NCBI GenBank assembly: GCA_017399535.1
Contig: JAFQBX010000043.1
Span: 11,971-75,970, forward strand
Source of the DNA: Clostridia bacterium
GTDB taxonomy: Bacteria; Bacillota; Clostridia; Oscillospirales; Acutalibacteraceae
Length of the DNA stretch: 64,000 nt
Direction: 5' to 3'
Numbering within the stretch: the stretch's first letter is position 1; every line of letters begins with the position of its first letter. Shown here one piece after another: positions 55,197-64,000 of this stretch. The translations under genes were made by a program, and so were the position numbers. The notes beneath the pieces are model-generated. The model was not told where the DNA came from. It worked only from the letters and a program-made list of their open reading frames with translations, and searched no databases.

Positions 55197-55916
55197 CTAT
55201 TTGTTTTCTAATTTTTCGATAAGCTCGGCCGAATGAATCTCTATATTCTTTATAAAGTCGTCGCCGGCAATTTTTTTTATTTTATTAAAATAACTGTCAA
55301 AGGTTGGAGGACGGAAATCAATTCCGTGTGCGTCCGAGCCAACGTAACAAATTTGACCTGATTTAAGCCATTTTTTGAGCTTTTTTACCGCCAACTTATC
55401 ACAAACGAATTCGGCGTTTACCTGAGTTTTATATCCTAAGCTGAATAACTGCTCGTACATTTCATTAGATACAAAATCAACGTATCTGTCGGCGTGAGCA
55501 ATTATGGGTACAATATTATTTTCTTTACAAAGGTCACCCAGCATTCTGAACATCCAACTTTGCCATTCGTAATAGGGAAGCTCAATCAGCATTATGTCGG
55601 TGTTTTCTATACATAAGCGGTTTTTATCCATTGCTTCGACGAAATCCATTGTAAGTAAAACCTCGGCACCGAGAAAAATCTTAGGCAGGTCAAGTCCTTG
55701 CTTTTCGATTTCGCTTATCAGCTTTTGATACGATTTTTTTCGCTTTATCAAAAAGTCGTCGATGCTCTTTTTACTATCGGTCATCTTGAAATGAGGGGTT
55801 GCTATAACGTGAGTTATTCCTTGATCTTTTAATATTTTGAGCATATTTATTGATTCGTCAACGCTTTTCGCTCCGTCATCAAATTCGGGTAAAATGTGTG
55901 AATGTACGTCAATCAC
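55197..55916 (-). CDS. PHP-family protein-tyrosine phosphatase (CpsB/Wzh type)
   Basis: 239 aa with MIDVHSHILPEFDDG, ATPH and AHADRY. GTG start after AAGGAGG. Confidence 0.85.
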   Translation of the reverse strand: MIDVHSHILPEFDDGAKSVDESINMLKILKDQGITHVIATPHFKMTDSKKSIDDFLIKRKKSYQKLISEIEKQGLDLPKIFLGAEVLLTMDFVEAMDKNRLCIENTDIMLIELPYYEWQSWMFRMLGDLCKENNIVPIIAHADRYVDFVSNEMYEQLFSLGYKTQVNAEFVCDKLAVKKLKKWLKSGQICYVGSDAHGIDFRPPTFDSYFNKIKKIAGDDFIKNIEIHSAELIEKLENK

Positions 55917-55948
55917 CTTGTTACAGCAAACCTCCTTCTTAATCGGAA

Positions 55949-55980
55949 TAAAAAAAGCATGAGTGATTAGCTCATGCTTT
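55949..55980 (-). terminator. internal terminator or attenuator between the BY-kinase and phosphatase genes
   Basis: On the minus strand: AAGCATGAG-CTAATCA-CTCATGCTT followed by TTTTTTT. Confidence 0.55.
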
Positions 55981-56068
55981 GAAATTTAGTGGTTGGGTTA
56001 ATTATGTGCAAAGCAGAGCACATATTATCTCTTAATCTCTGTACAGTCTTACGAAAAATAGCGATAAA

Positions 56069-56875
56069 TTAAGTATAATCGCCGTAATTATCGTAATAGT
56101 CGTATCCGCTGTATCCCTTTTTATAGTTATAACGGTAGCTGTAACGGTATCTGTATTTGTATGTTCTGCCGTTACCCTTTGAGTCATTTAGGATAAAGCC
56201 GAGAATTTTTGCATCAGCAAATTTAAGAGCGGAAATCGCTTTTTCGAGCTGTTCATGAACACTGTAATATTCGCGAATGGTGATTACAACTCCGTCAACC
56301 TTTTCAACCAATGCGAGACAGTCGCTGACCACTGCAACAGGCGGAGTATCGATGATAATATAATCATAATACTGTGAAAGAGTGTTGAGCAGGTCATCGC
56401 ACGGCTGCGCTAAAAGAAGTTCTGCGGGATTCGGCGGAGTAGGTCCGGCCGTCATACAGTCAAAGCCGTGAGGAGTCTTTTTTATAATTTCGTTAAGCTG
56501 AGTGTATCCGCTTAATACGTTGCTGAGTCCGAGAGTGTTTTTGATACCGAGGTATCTGTGAATGGATGACTTACGCATATCGGCGTCAATGAGGAGTACC
56601 TTAGCGTTTGTCTGACCGAATGCAATAGCAAGGTTAACGGCAGTTGTAGTTTTTCCTTCTGCGGCAACCGAGCTTGTAATGAGGAAGGTTTTGCAACCTG
56701 TTTTTGCTCCGATGGCGAAGTTAATGTTAGCGCGTACCGCCTTGTAAGCTTCCTTTACTGCAAAGGGTGACATTTCATTAAGCAGCAATGGTTTACGGCG
56801 TTGCCTTTTGGGAGCTTTTGCCGGTTCATTAGGGTTATTTACCTGCTCGTAAATACTGTTATCCTTACGACTCAT
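56069..56875 (-). CDS. BY-kinase cytoplasmic subunit (CpsD/Wze type tyrosine-protein kinase)
   Basis: 268 aa with Walker A SVAAEGKTT, LLIDADMR, IIIDTPP and the C-terminal Tyr cluster YKYRYRYSYRYNYKKGYSGYDYYDNYGDY. Confidence 0.88.
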   Translation of the reverse strand: MSRKDNSIYEQVNNPNEPAKAPKRQRRKPLLLNEMSPFAVKEAYKAVRANINFAIGAKTGCKTFLITSSVAAEGKTTTAVNLAIAFGQTNAKVLLIDADMRKSSIHRYLGIKNTLGLSNVLSGYTQLNEIIKKTPHGFDCMTAGPTPPNPAELLLAQPCDDLLNTLSQYYDYIIIDTPPVAVVSDCLALVEKVDGVVITIREYYSVHEQLEKAISALKFADAKILGFILNDSKGNGRTYKYRYRYSYRYNYKKGYSGYDYYDNYGDYT

Positions 56876-57605
56876 AGTTACTGCCTGCCCCCTTTTGATA
56901 TCCGTATTTATTGTAGCTGCTCTTTCTACTCAAATAGAAATTCGGTATAATTCCAAGATTTGCAATTTCATATTTTTTCTCAACCTCTGCCGCTGTTTTA
57001 ACTCTTGTATCGAGCGATTCAATGAAATAGAGAAGCACAAGAATGCCAAGCAAAGCCAAAACAAATGCCGACATAGTATATGATTTTACCGGAGTGGAAC
57101 TGGAACCTCCGTATCTGACGGGCTCAAAAGGTTCTAAGGCACAGTATTCTCTTTTAACATATTTTGGAGCCAAAGCAGAATATGCGTGAGCCAATTTTTT
57201 TAACAAGCCGGGGTTTGTACTGGTAAAGGTAACGTTAATAATAGGTACATTTTCTTCGCTTGCTAAGCTAATCATAGACGACAAATGACCTGAATTCATA
57301 GCGCCTTCGTATCCGGCTTCTTTGATAACGTCATTGAGAAGTTCGGTACCCTTCATTCTCGGCTTAATAGCTACCATTTGATTTTCTGCAAAGTCGGCAG
57401 CGGTCAAAGCACCGCTGGGAGAAAGTTCGACGTTTTCCCAAGCAACGACAACTTCATACGATAAGGTGTATGTGTAATATGTTGTAGCCATAGATGACGA
57501 TACAAAATACGTTATGATAGAGAAAACGAATGCGGTAACAATTGATACCATAATATTTTTTCGAATAAATTGCAATAAATCTGCAAGGGTAAGATCCTTA
57601 TTCAA
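56865..57605 (-). CDS. Wzz/CpsC-type chain-length determinant (BY-kinase transmembrane activator)
   Basis: 246 aa with two TM segments flanking an extracellular domain. It overlaps the kinase start. Confidence 0.8.
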   Translation of the reverse strand: MNKDLTLADLLQFIRKNIMVSIVTAFVFSIITYFVSSSMATTYYTYTLSYEVVVAWENVELSPSGALTAADFAENQMVAIKPRMKGTELLNDVIKEAGYEGAMNSGHLSSMISLASEENVPIINVTFTSTNPGLLKKLAHAYSALAPKYVKREYCALEPFEPVRYGGSSSTPVKSYTMSAFVLALLGILVLLYFIESLDTRVKTAAEVEKKYEIANLGIIPNFYLSRKSSYNKYGYQKGAGSNYES

Positions 57606-57694
57606 AATTACAGCACCTCCAAATTAACAGAAATATTATATAATAACTAGAACAAAAAATCAATAATAATATTATAAATTATAATATATATCAA

Positions 57695-58483
57695 TTATTC
57701 GACGTGTATTCTTTCGGTAGAAATACATTTTCCGCTTTTAACATCAATTGTGAAAATGCAGCCGTCGAGGTGACAATTACCATCTGCTATTGCGAATCTG
57801 ACGGGTAATTTGTCCTTCATTTTTTTAATCGCCAGCTCGGATTTTACGCCTAAAACGGAATTTGTCGGTCCAACCATACCTAAATCGGTGATGAATCCGG
57901 TACCACTTGGAAGTATCTGCTCATCGGCGGTCTGAGTATGTGTATGAGTACCGAAAACAGCCGAAACCTGTCCGTCGAGATGGTAGCCGAGCGCTTTTTT
58001 TTCAGCAGTGGCTTCGGCGTGAATATCGATAAAAATGATATTGATTCCTTCACTTCTGAGCTTTTCTACAATCGTATCTGCTGTTTTAAAGGGGCAATCA
58101 AGCGGCTCGGTATAAACCACGCCTAAAATGTTGATAATACCAACTCGTGTAAAGCCGAGATCGACAATGGTGTACCCTTTGCCGTAAGTTCCTTCGGGAT
58201 AGTTTGCGGGACGGATAATGTTCTCGCTTTCGTCAAAAACAGGGTGCATTTCGGAACGTCTGAAGGAGTGGTTTCCACCCGTAATTATGTCGGCGCCGCT
58301 GTCTAAAATATGCTTGGCCGAAACAGGTGTAATGCCGTTACCGTCAGCGGAATTTTCTCCATTGACTATAACAGCATCTATACCTTTTATTCGTTTAAGC
58401 ATGGGTAGCTTTGATCTTAAAAATTCGCAACCAATGCTGCCCACAACGTCTCCTACACAGAGAATGTTTATCTCGTTTTTCAT
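57695..58483 (-). CDS. ymdB: YmdB-like metallophosphoesterase (TIGR00282 family)
   Basis: ILCVGDVVG, GENSADGNG, GNH and GTHTHTQTAD motifs. The ATG at 58483 overlaps the degV stop (ATGA). Confidence 0.85.
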   Translation of the reverse strand: MKNEINILCVGDVVGSIGCEFLRSKLPMLKRIKGIDAVIVNGENSADGNGITPVSAKHILDSGADIITGGNHSFRRSEMHPVFDESENIIRPANYPEGTYGKGYTIVDLGFTRVGIINILGVVYTEPLDCPFKTADTIVEKLRSEGINIIFIDIHAEATAEKKALGYHLDGQVSAVFGTHTHTQTADEQILPSGTGFITDLGMVGPTNSVLGVKSELAIKKMKDKLPVRFAIADGNCHLDGCIFTIDVKSGKCISTERIHVE

Positions 58484-59337
58484 TTGTTTATAAATAGGAT
58501 GCCGAGGGTACCGGGACCACAATGAGCCGAAATGGTACAACCTGCGGTTGCTTCGATAACCTCGTCAAAGTAGTTGAGCCCCTTGACGTAGTCATAAACT
58601 AACTTTGCCTGTTCAGAGCCGTATTCCATAGTGTGTGTAACAAAGCAGCGGTGTTTATCAATACTTTCTAAATTTTCGAGACGGTTTTTAGCATATTCGA
58701 GCAGAACGTCGCTGTATTTGCCTCTGTATTTTTTTGCAACGTCCATTTTGCCGTCGTGTACTTCTATGCAGGGCTTGAGTTTCAGGAGATTAGCGCCAAG
58801 CATAGCGACCGCCGAGCATCTGCCGCCCTTGTGCAAATAGAGTAGGGTATCGATAACAAATGAAGCATTGACTTTACCAATAGTATCAATGATTTTATTA
58901 TAAATGGCTTCTGCATTTTCGCCGTCTTGCGCAAGCTCAACCGCTTTCAAAACGAGCAGAGAAATACCTGTCGAAAGGTTGCGGCTATCAACGACAAATA
59001 CGTTGCCAACGTCCTCGGCAGCCATTCGGGCATTGTTGAACATTGATGACATTTCGGAGCTCAGGCAGAAGTGAACGACCGTATTTCCGCCCTCAATGAG
59101 AGTAGTGAAAAAGTCGATATAATCCTGATAATTTATAGCGGCAGTTTTAGGCAAAACTCCCGCTTCGTCGTGATATTTAAAAAGGTCGCGGGGCTGGACT
59201 TCAATTCCATCAATATATGATTTATCGCCCAGAATAACGGTTCCGTGACAGATTTTAATATCGTATTTTTCAGCTAATTCTTTTGGAATATCGCAGGTGC
59301 TGTCAGCACTAATGATAACTTTGCTCAAATTCAACAC
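58480..59337 (-). CDS. DegV-family fatty-acid-binding protein
   Basis: 285 aa with IISADSTCDIP and HCGPGTLGI. Confidence 0.88.
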   Translation of the reverse strand: MLNLSKVIISADSTCDIPKELAEKYDIKICHGTVILGDKSYIDGIEVQPRDLFKYHDEAGVLPKTAAINYQDYIDFFTTLIEGGNTVVHFCLSSEMSSMFNNARMAAEDVGNVFVVDSRNLSTGISLLVLKAVELAQDGENAEAIYNKIIDTIGKVNASFVIDTLLYLHKGGRCSAVAMLGANLLKLKPCIEVHDGKMDVAKKYRGKYSDVLLEYAKNRLENLESIDKHRCFVTHTMEYGSEQAKLVYDYVKGLNYFDEVIEATAGCTISAHCGPGTLGILFINK

Positions 59338-59664
59338 TCCTATCTAAAATGACATTATAATTATAAGTAATTTGCATACTTTTTTCAACATTTATTTATA
59401 ATTACCTTACATTTTGCAATTTTATTTCAAAAAAATTCTTTAACAAATGATTGCTGTCGGCGGCGTGGAATATTTGAAATTTTGTTTATTTTGGCGTTGA
59501 TTAGTTGCGGTAATAAGCGATTTTCGAATAAATTTATACAATATGCACAAAAAATCAAATAAAATAAGTTATAATGAACACTTGAAATTACAAATGAGTT
59601 GTAATATTATATATTTAGTTGTATAATTATTTAAAATAACATTCTGTTATGGGGGTAAATTTTT

Positions 59665-62070
59665 ATGACAAAGTTTACGTCAAAAAAGATAGAGGAGCTT
59701 ATCGAAGCGAAGTTATCGCACAATTTTGGAGTAACCTCATCGGTAGCTTCTAATGATATTTTTTATAAAGCGTGCGTTCTTGTTATCAAGGACATTATGA
59801 AAAAGCAGAGAGAAGAATTTGAAAAGCGCGCTAACGAGCAGGAGGCAAAGCAGGTATTTTACTTGTGTATGGAATTCCTTATGGGGCGCTCGTTTAAAAA
59901 TGCACTTTATAATCTCAACCTCGAAAGCACCTTCAAGAAGGCACTTTCGAATATGGGAGCAAAGCTCGAAAAACTATATGAGCTTGAACCCGACGCAGGT
60001 CTCGGAAACGGCGGTCTCGGTCGCCTTGCGGCTTGTATCCTCGACGGACTCGCTAATGGTGAATACTTCTCGATGGGATATTCCATCCGCTACGAATACG
60101 GCATTTTCCGTCAGAAGTTGGTCGACGGCTGGCAGGCAGAAACGCCTGACTTTTGGCTTCCGGGTGGCGAAATTTGGTTCGAGCCCCATCCGGAAGAGGC
60201 GGTCGACGTTAGCTTTGACGGTCACGTAAACGAATGGTGGGACGGAACATATCATCATATCGAGAGCGTTGGCGCTACGATAGTAAAGGCGGTTCCGTAC
60301 GACATGATGATACCCGGAAAGGACGGCGACGGCGTTGCCGTACTTCGCCTTTGGGAAGCAACAAAGCCGGGGTTTGACATGGCACTTTTTAATCAGGGCG
60401 ATTATTTACGCGCTGTCGAAGAAAATGCGATGGCAGAAGCAATCAGCAAGGTCCTTTATCCTGCCGATAATCACTACGAAGGAAAATCGCTTCGTCTCCG
60501 TCAGCAGTATTTCCTTGTTTCTGCTTCAATTCAGGATATTGTCCATCGCCACCTTTCTAAATACGGCACAATGGAAAATTTTGCTGAAAAGGTTGCAATT
60601 CATATTAACGATACCCATCCTGCGCTTTCAATTCCCGAGCTTATGCGTATAATGCTTGACGAATGCGGTTATACTTGGGATGAGGCATGGGCAATAGTGA
60701 CAAGGACGGTCGGTTACACCAATCATACTGTCATGGTAGAAGCGCTTGAATGCTGGAACGAGGAATTGTTCAGACAGCGTTTGCCCCGAATTTATCAAAT
60801 CGTTCAGGAAATTAACCGCCGTTATCACGCAGAGGTGCTTGGCAAAACAGGAAACTGGGATTTGGCCAATCGCACATCAATCATTGATAACAAGGTTATC
60901 CGCATGGCTAATCTTTCGGTCGCCGGCTCATATTCGGTAAATGGCGTTTCACGTTTACACAGTGATATTTTAAAGGAATCTGTATTCCACGATTTCTATA
61001 CCGTTTCTCCCGAAAAGTTCTGCAACGTAACCAACGGTATTGCTCACAGACGTTGGCTTTGCCAGGCAAACCCTGAGCTTACCGCCATGATAAAGGAGCT
61101 TATCGGTGACGGCTTTGTAAAGAACGCTGCCGAGCTCGAAGGGCTAATGAACTTCACCGAGGATAAGAATGTTCTTACCCGTCTCGCCGACATTAAGCGC
61201 AATAATAAGCAGCGCTTTGTTGATTATATTAAGTCACAGGGACATACCGATATCAACGTTGATTCAATCTTTGACGTTCAGGTAAAGCGTCTGCACGAAT
61301 ATAAGCGTCAGCAGATGAATGCGCTTCATATTCTTACCGAGTACTTGTATATCAAGAATAATCCTAACGCTCCCTTTACACCGAAGACCTACATTTTCGG
61401 AGCAAAGGCGGCTCCCGGCTACTATGTAGCAAAGCAGATTATTCAAATGATTTACAAGATTTCGAAAATGATTGACAACGACCCCGATATGAAGGGGAAA
61501 TTAAAGGTTGTATATATTGAGGATTACCGCGTAACAATGGCAGAGCTTTTGATGCCTGCCGCCGAAATCAGCGAACAGATTTCACTCGCAGGAACCGAGG
61601 CGTCGGGTACAGGTAATATGAAATTTATGCTTAACGGCGCTATTACCCTCGGTACCGAAGACGGCGCAAACGTCGAAATTCACGAGGCCGTCGGCGATGA
61701 TAATATTATTATTTTCGGTATGGAAGCTCACGAGGTTGACCGACTCAAAGCAAACGGCTACAACCCGATGAATTACTACAATAATAATCCTCAGCTTCGC
61801 GAGGTTGTCGACCTTATCGGACGCGGAATTGACGGAATGTCGTTCGAAAACATCAAGCACATTCTTCTTTCATCCGATACCTATATGGCGTTTGCTGATT
61901 ATGCCGATTACTGTAATGCTCACCAGCGTGCATACGACCTCTATGCTAATAAAGAGGCGTGGAATAAAGCATCCCTCGTCAATATTGCAAAGTCGGGCAG
62001 ATTTGCTATCGACCGCCTCATTGACGATTATGCCAATACTATTTGGAATCTTAAAAGGGTTGAAAAATAA
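59665..62070 (+). CDS. glgP: glycogen/maltodextrin phosphorylase (GT35)
   Basis: 801 aa with GLGNGGLGRLAAC, and the EASGTGNMKF motif containing the PLP lysine. Confidence 0.93.
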   Translation: MTKFTSKKIEELIEAKLSHNFGVTSSVASNDIFYKACVLVIKDIMKKQREEFEKRANEQEAKQVFYLCMEFLMGRSFKNALYNLNLESTFKKALSNMGAKLEKLYELEPDAGLGNGGLGRLAACILDGLANGEYFSMGYSIRYEYGIFRQKLVDGWQAETPDFWLPGGEIWFEPHPEEAVDVSFDGHVNEWWDGTYHHIESVGATIVKAVPYDMMIPGKDGDGVAVLRLWEATKPGFDMALFNQGDYLRAVEENAMAEAISKVLYPADNHYEGKSLRLRQQYFLVSASIQDIVHRHLSKYGTMENFAEKVAIHINDTHPALSIPELMRIMLDECGYTWDEAWAIVTRTVGYTNHTVMVEALECWNEELFRQRLPRIYQIVQEINRRYHAEVLGKTGNWDLANRTSIIDNKVIRMANLSVAGSYSVNGVSRLHSDILKESVFHDFYTVSPEKFCNVTNGIAHRRWLCQANPELTAMIKELIGDGFVKNAAELEGLMNFTEDKNVLTRLADIKRNNKQRFVDYIKSQGHTDINVDSIFDVQVKRLHEYKRQQMNALHILTEYLYIKNNPNAPFTPKTYIFGAKAAPGYYVAKQIIQMIYKISKMIDNDPDMKGKLKVVYIEDYRVTMAELLMPAAEISEQISLAGTEASGTGNMKFMLNGAITLGTEDGANVEIHEAVGDDNIIIFGMEAHEVDRLKANGYNPMNYYNNNPQLREVVDLIGRGIDGMSFENIKHILLSSDTYMAFADYADYCNAHQRAYDLYANKEAWNKASLVNIAKSGRFAIDRLIDDYANTIWNLKRVEK

Positions 62071-63917
62071 TGCATATTTTTTGCAGCCGAGACAAACAGT
62101 ATAAATCAAAGCTCTCTCCGATTACCGTCGGGGAGGGCTTGAATTTGTCTATAATATTGCACGATAGTTATTATCCGTGCAATGTCCATCTGGTAATCAG
62201 GCGCGATGGCTGTGACGCGCAGTATATCGTAATGTACCCGTGTGAAAGGGTTTATGACTGCTATACAATGTATTCGGTGACCTATTCCACCGATACGGCG
62301 GGACTTTATTGGTATCATTTCGAATTTGATGGAAATTTCAAGCGGAATAGGGTTTATAACGTCGGCTATTCGGTAGGTGAAGTGACCGATAAAGGAAGCG
62401 AATATCAGCTTACTGTGTATGGTGCCGATTATAAAACACCCGACGAATTTAAGCAGGGTGTATTTTATCAAATTTTCCCCGACCGTTTTCACAATTCGGG
62501 CAAGAAAAAAGGCGAATTGCCTTATGGTCGCTATCTTGTAACCGATTGGTCGGAGAAACCTGTTTGGAAGCAGGATAAAATTTTTCCCGAAATTGGACAG
62601 GACTACTTTGGCGGCGATTTAAAGGGAATTGAACAAAAATTGCCTTATCTGAAATCGCTCGGCGTAACGATAATTTATCTCAATCCTATTTTTGAGGCGC
62701 ATTCGAATCATCGTTACAACACCGCCGATTATTTTAAAATTGACCCGTCTCTCGGCACCGAAGCCGACTTTGTTTCACTATGCAAAGCGGCAAAGAAAAA
62801 GGGAATAAAAATTATTCTCGACGGCGTTTTCAGCCACACGGGTGATGACAGTATTTACTTTAACCGCTATGGGCGCTATGGCAATTCTGGCGCATATAAT
62901 GACCGAAACAGCCAATATTTCAGCTGGTTCAATTTCGTTCATTGGCCCGAAAAATGCCATTCTTGGTGGGGGATAAAAACCCTGCCTGAGCTTAACGAAA
63001 CTGTACCGAGTTATATGGATTTTATTTGCGGTGAAAACGGAGTTTTGCGTTATTGGATGAAAAGGGGAGCGTCGGGCTGGCGGCTTGACGTTGCCGATGA
63101 ATTACCCGATGCCTTTCTCGATGAAATCCGCCGTACGATAAAGAGTGAGAATCCCGATGCCTTGCTTATCGGTGAGGTGTGGGAGGATGCTAGTAACAAA
63201 ATCAGCGGTGGGGGTAGACGACGTTTTCTTCTAGGAAATCAGCTCGATTCGGTTATGAATTATCCCTTCCGCAGCGCAATAATCGATTTTGTCAGCGGAG
63301 GCGACGGATTTGATTTCACCGACAGTATTTTGACCGTAATCGAGAATTATCCAAAGCCGTCGCTTGATACGCTTATGAATAACGTAGGTACTCATGATAC
63401 CGAGCGAATTATCACGGCGCTCGGAGCCGAAAATATGCCGTCAACCCGTCCCGAACAGGCGAAATTTGTTATGACGGATGAAATGCTTTCTCGCGGAAAG
63501 AAACTGTCAAAAATTGCCGCGGTGCTTCAATACACCTTGCCTGGAATTCCATGCCTTTACTATGGTGATGAAGCGGGAATGTACGGCTGTCGCGACCCGT
63601 TTAACCGAGGTGCGTATCCGTGGGGAAAAGAGGATTCTGAGCTTATCGAGTTTTACAAAAAACTCGGTTCATTACGCGCTGAAAATATTGCCTTTAACGG
63701 CGGTGAATTTAACGCTATTGTCAGCGGCTTGGGATATGTAATTTATACTCGCGAAAAGGGCGATAACAAGGTTCTTATCGCCGTTAATCGTTGGCATGAA
63801 GTAGAAAAATTTGACCTGCCTGACGAATGGAAAAACGCCGATGTCTTTATGGGTGACGTCGAGGGCAATCAGCTGATTATAAAGCCATTCGGAGCATCTA
63901 TTTTGATAAAAAAATAA
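62070..63917 (+). CDS. GH13 alpha-amylase family enzyme (neopullulanase / maltodextrin glucosidase-like), cytoplasmic
   Basis: 615 aa with an N-terminal beta domain, DGVFSHT, GWRLDVADE, GEVWED and THDTER conserved regions. No signal peptide. Its start overlaps the glgP stop. Confidence 0.85.
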   Translation: MHIFCSRDKQYKSKLSPITVGEGLNLSIILHDSYYPCNVHLVIRRDGCDAQYIVMYPCERVYDCYTMYSVTYSTDTAGLYWYHFEFDGNFKRNRVYNVGYSVGEVTDKGSEYQLTVYGADYKTPDEFKQGVFYQIFPDRFHNSGKKKGELPYGRYLVTDWSEKPVWKQDKIFPEIGQDYFGGDLKGIEQKLPYLKSLGVTIIYLNPIFEAHSNHRYNTADYFKIDPSLGTEADFVSLCKAAKKKGIKIILDGVFSHTGDDSIYFNRYGRYGNSGAYNDRNSQYFSWFNFVHWPEKCHSWWGIKTLPELNETVPSYMDFICGENGVLRYWMKRGASGWRLDVADELPDAFLDEIRRTIKSENPDALLIGEVWEDASNKISGGGRRRFLLGNQLDSVMNYPFRSAIIDFVSGGDGFDFTDSILTVIENYPKPSLDTLMNNVGTHDTERIITALGAENMPSTRPEQAKFVMTDEMLSRGKKLSKIAAVLQYTLPGIPCLYYGDEAGMYGCRDPFNRGAYPWGKEDSELIEFYKKLGSLRAENIAFNGGEFNAIVSGLGYVIYTREKGDNKVLIAVNRWHEVEKFDLPDEWKNADVFMGDVEGNQLIIKPFGASILIKK

Positions 63918-64000
63918 AATAATGAATAAAAAATTTTTTATCGGGAAAACTGTTTTTGAAACTTAAAGTAACCGAATCAAAAGCGGTTATTAAATAAGGA

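Noticed and set aside
48240-57605. Possibility that the accessory block is a mobile island or defence locus
   Set aside because: Every ORF has a clear cell-envelope biosynthesis assignment. There is no integrase, transposase, nuclease, ATPase or methylase pair, and no flanking tRNA or direct repeats.

Overview
This is a chromosomal window of about 43% GC from a spore-forming, anaerobic Firmicute of class Clostridia. The dockerin-bearing secreted protein, the starch and glycogen genes and the full sporulation and germination set suggest a Ruminococcus-like member of Oscillospiraceae; that organism guess is inference only. Gene content is mostly core housekeeping and sporulation. It includes scpAB; a PBP1A; htrA; cotJABC; hprK-glucokinase-murB-rapZ-whiA-dnaE-pfkA; nrdR; gpr; rpsT; spoIIE; lexA-dinB; ispF; cdaA-cdaR; recD2-comFC-mreB; a gerA-type germinant receptor; and two S11 D-Ala-D-Ala carboxypeptidases. 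There is one accessory-looking block on the minus strand at 48.2-57.6 kb. It is a ribitol-phosphate teichoic-acid-like cluster (tarI, tarJ, two TagF-family polymerases, tagGH) joined to a Wzz / BY-kinase / PHP-phosphatase module. Downstream of that block are ymdB-degV and glgP plus a GH13 enzyme. Three tRNAs are present: Leu-GAG, Leu-TAG and Thr-CGT. I recognised no transposase, integrase, CRISPR array, prophage or classical defence gene. The most unusual signals are non-coding. (1) A GC-rich structured segment of about 150 nt sits between a duplicated 29-nt tRNA-Leu 5' fragment and the intact tRNA-Leu(TAG). (2) A 400-nt gene-free, hairpin-dense region at 47.83-48.24 kb carries seven to eight copies of an AGTGAAGYT / ARCTTCACT motif, tiled exactly between hairpins whose stems differ in sequence. 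Smaller oddities are: a CsoR-type repressor paired with a desulforedoxin-like Cys-rich mini-protein; a lexA-orf85-dinB operon with a non-canonical operator candidate; an orphan PqqD-like protein; a fused GerAB-GerAC ORF; and a dockerin-only secreted protein. All calls rest on reading the translated ORFs and the sequence; no database search was run.
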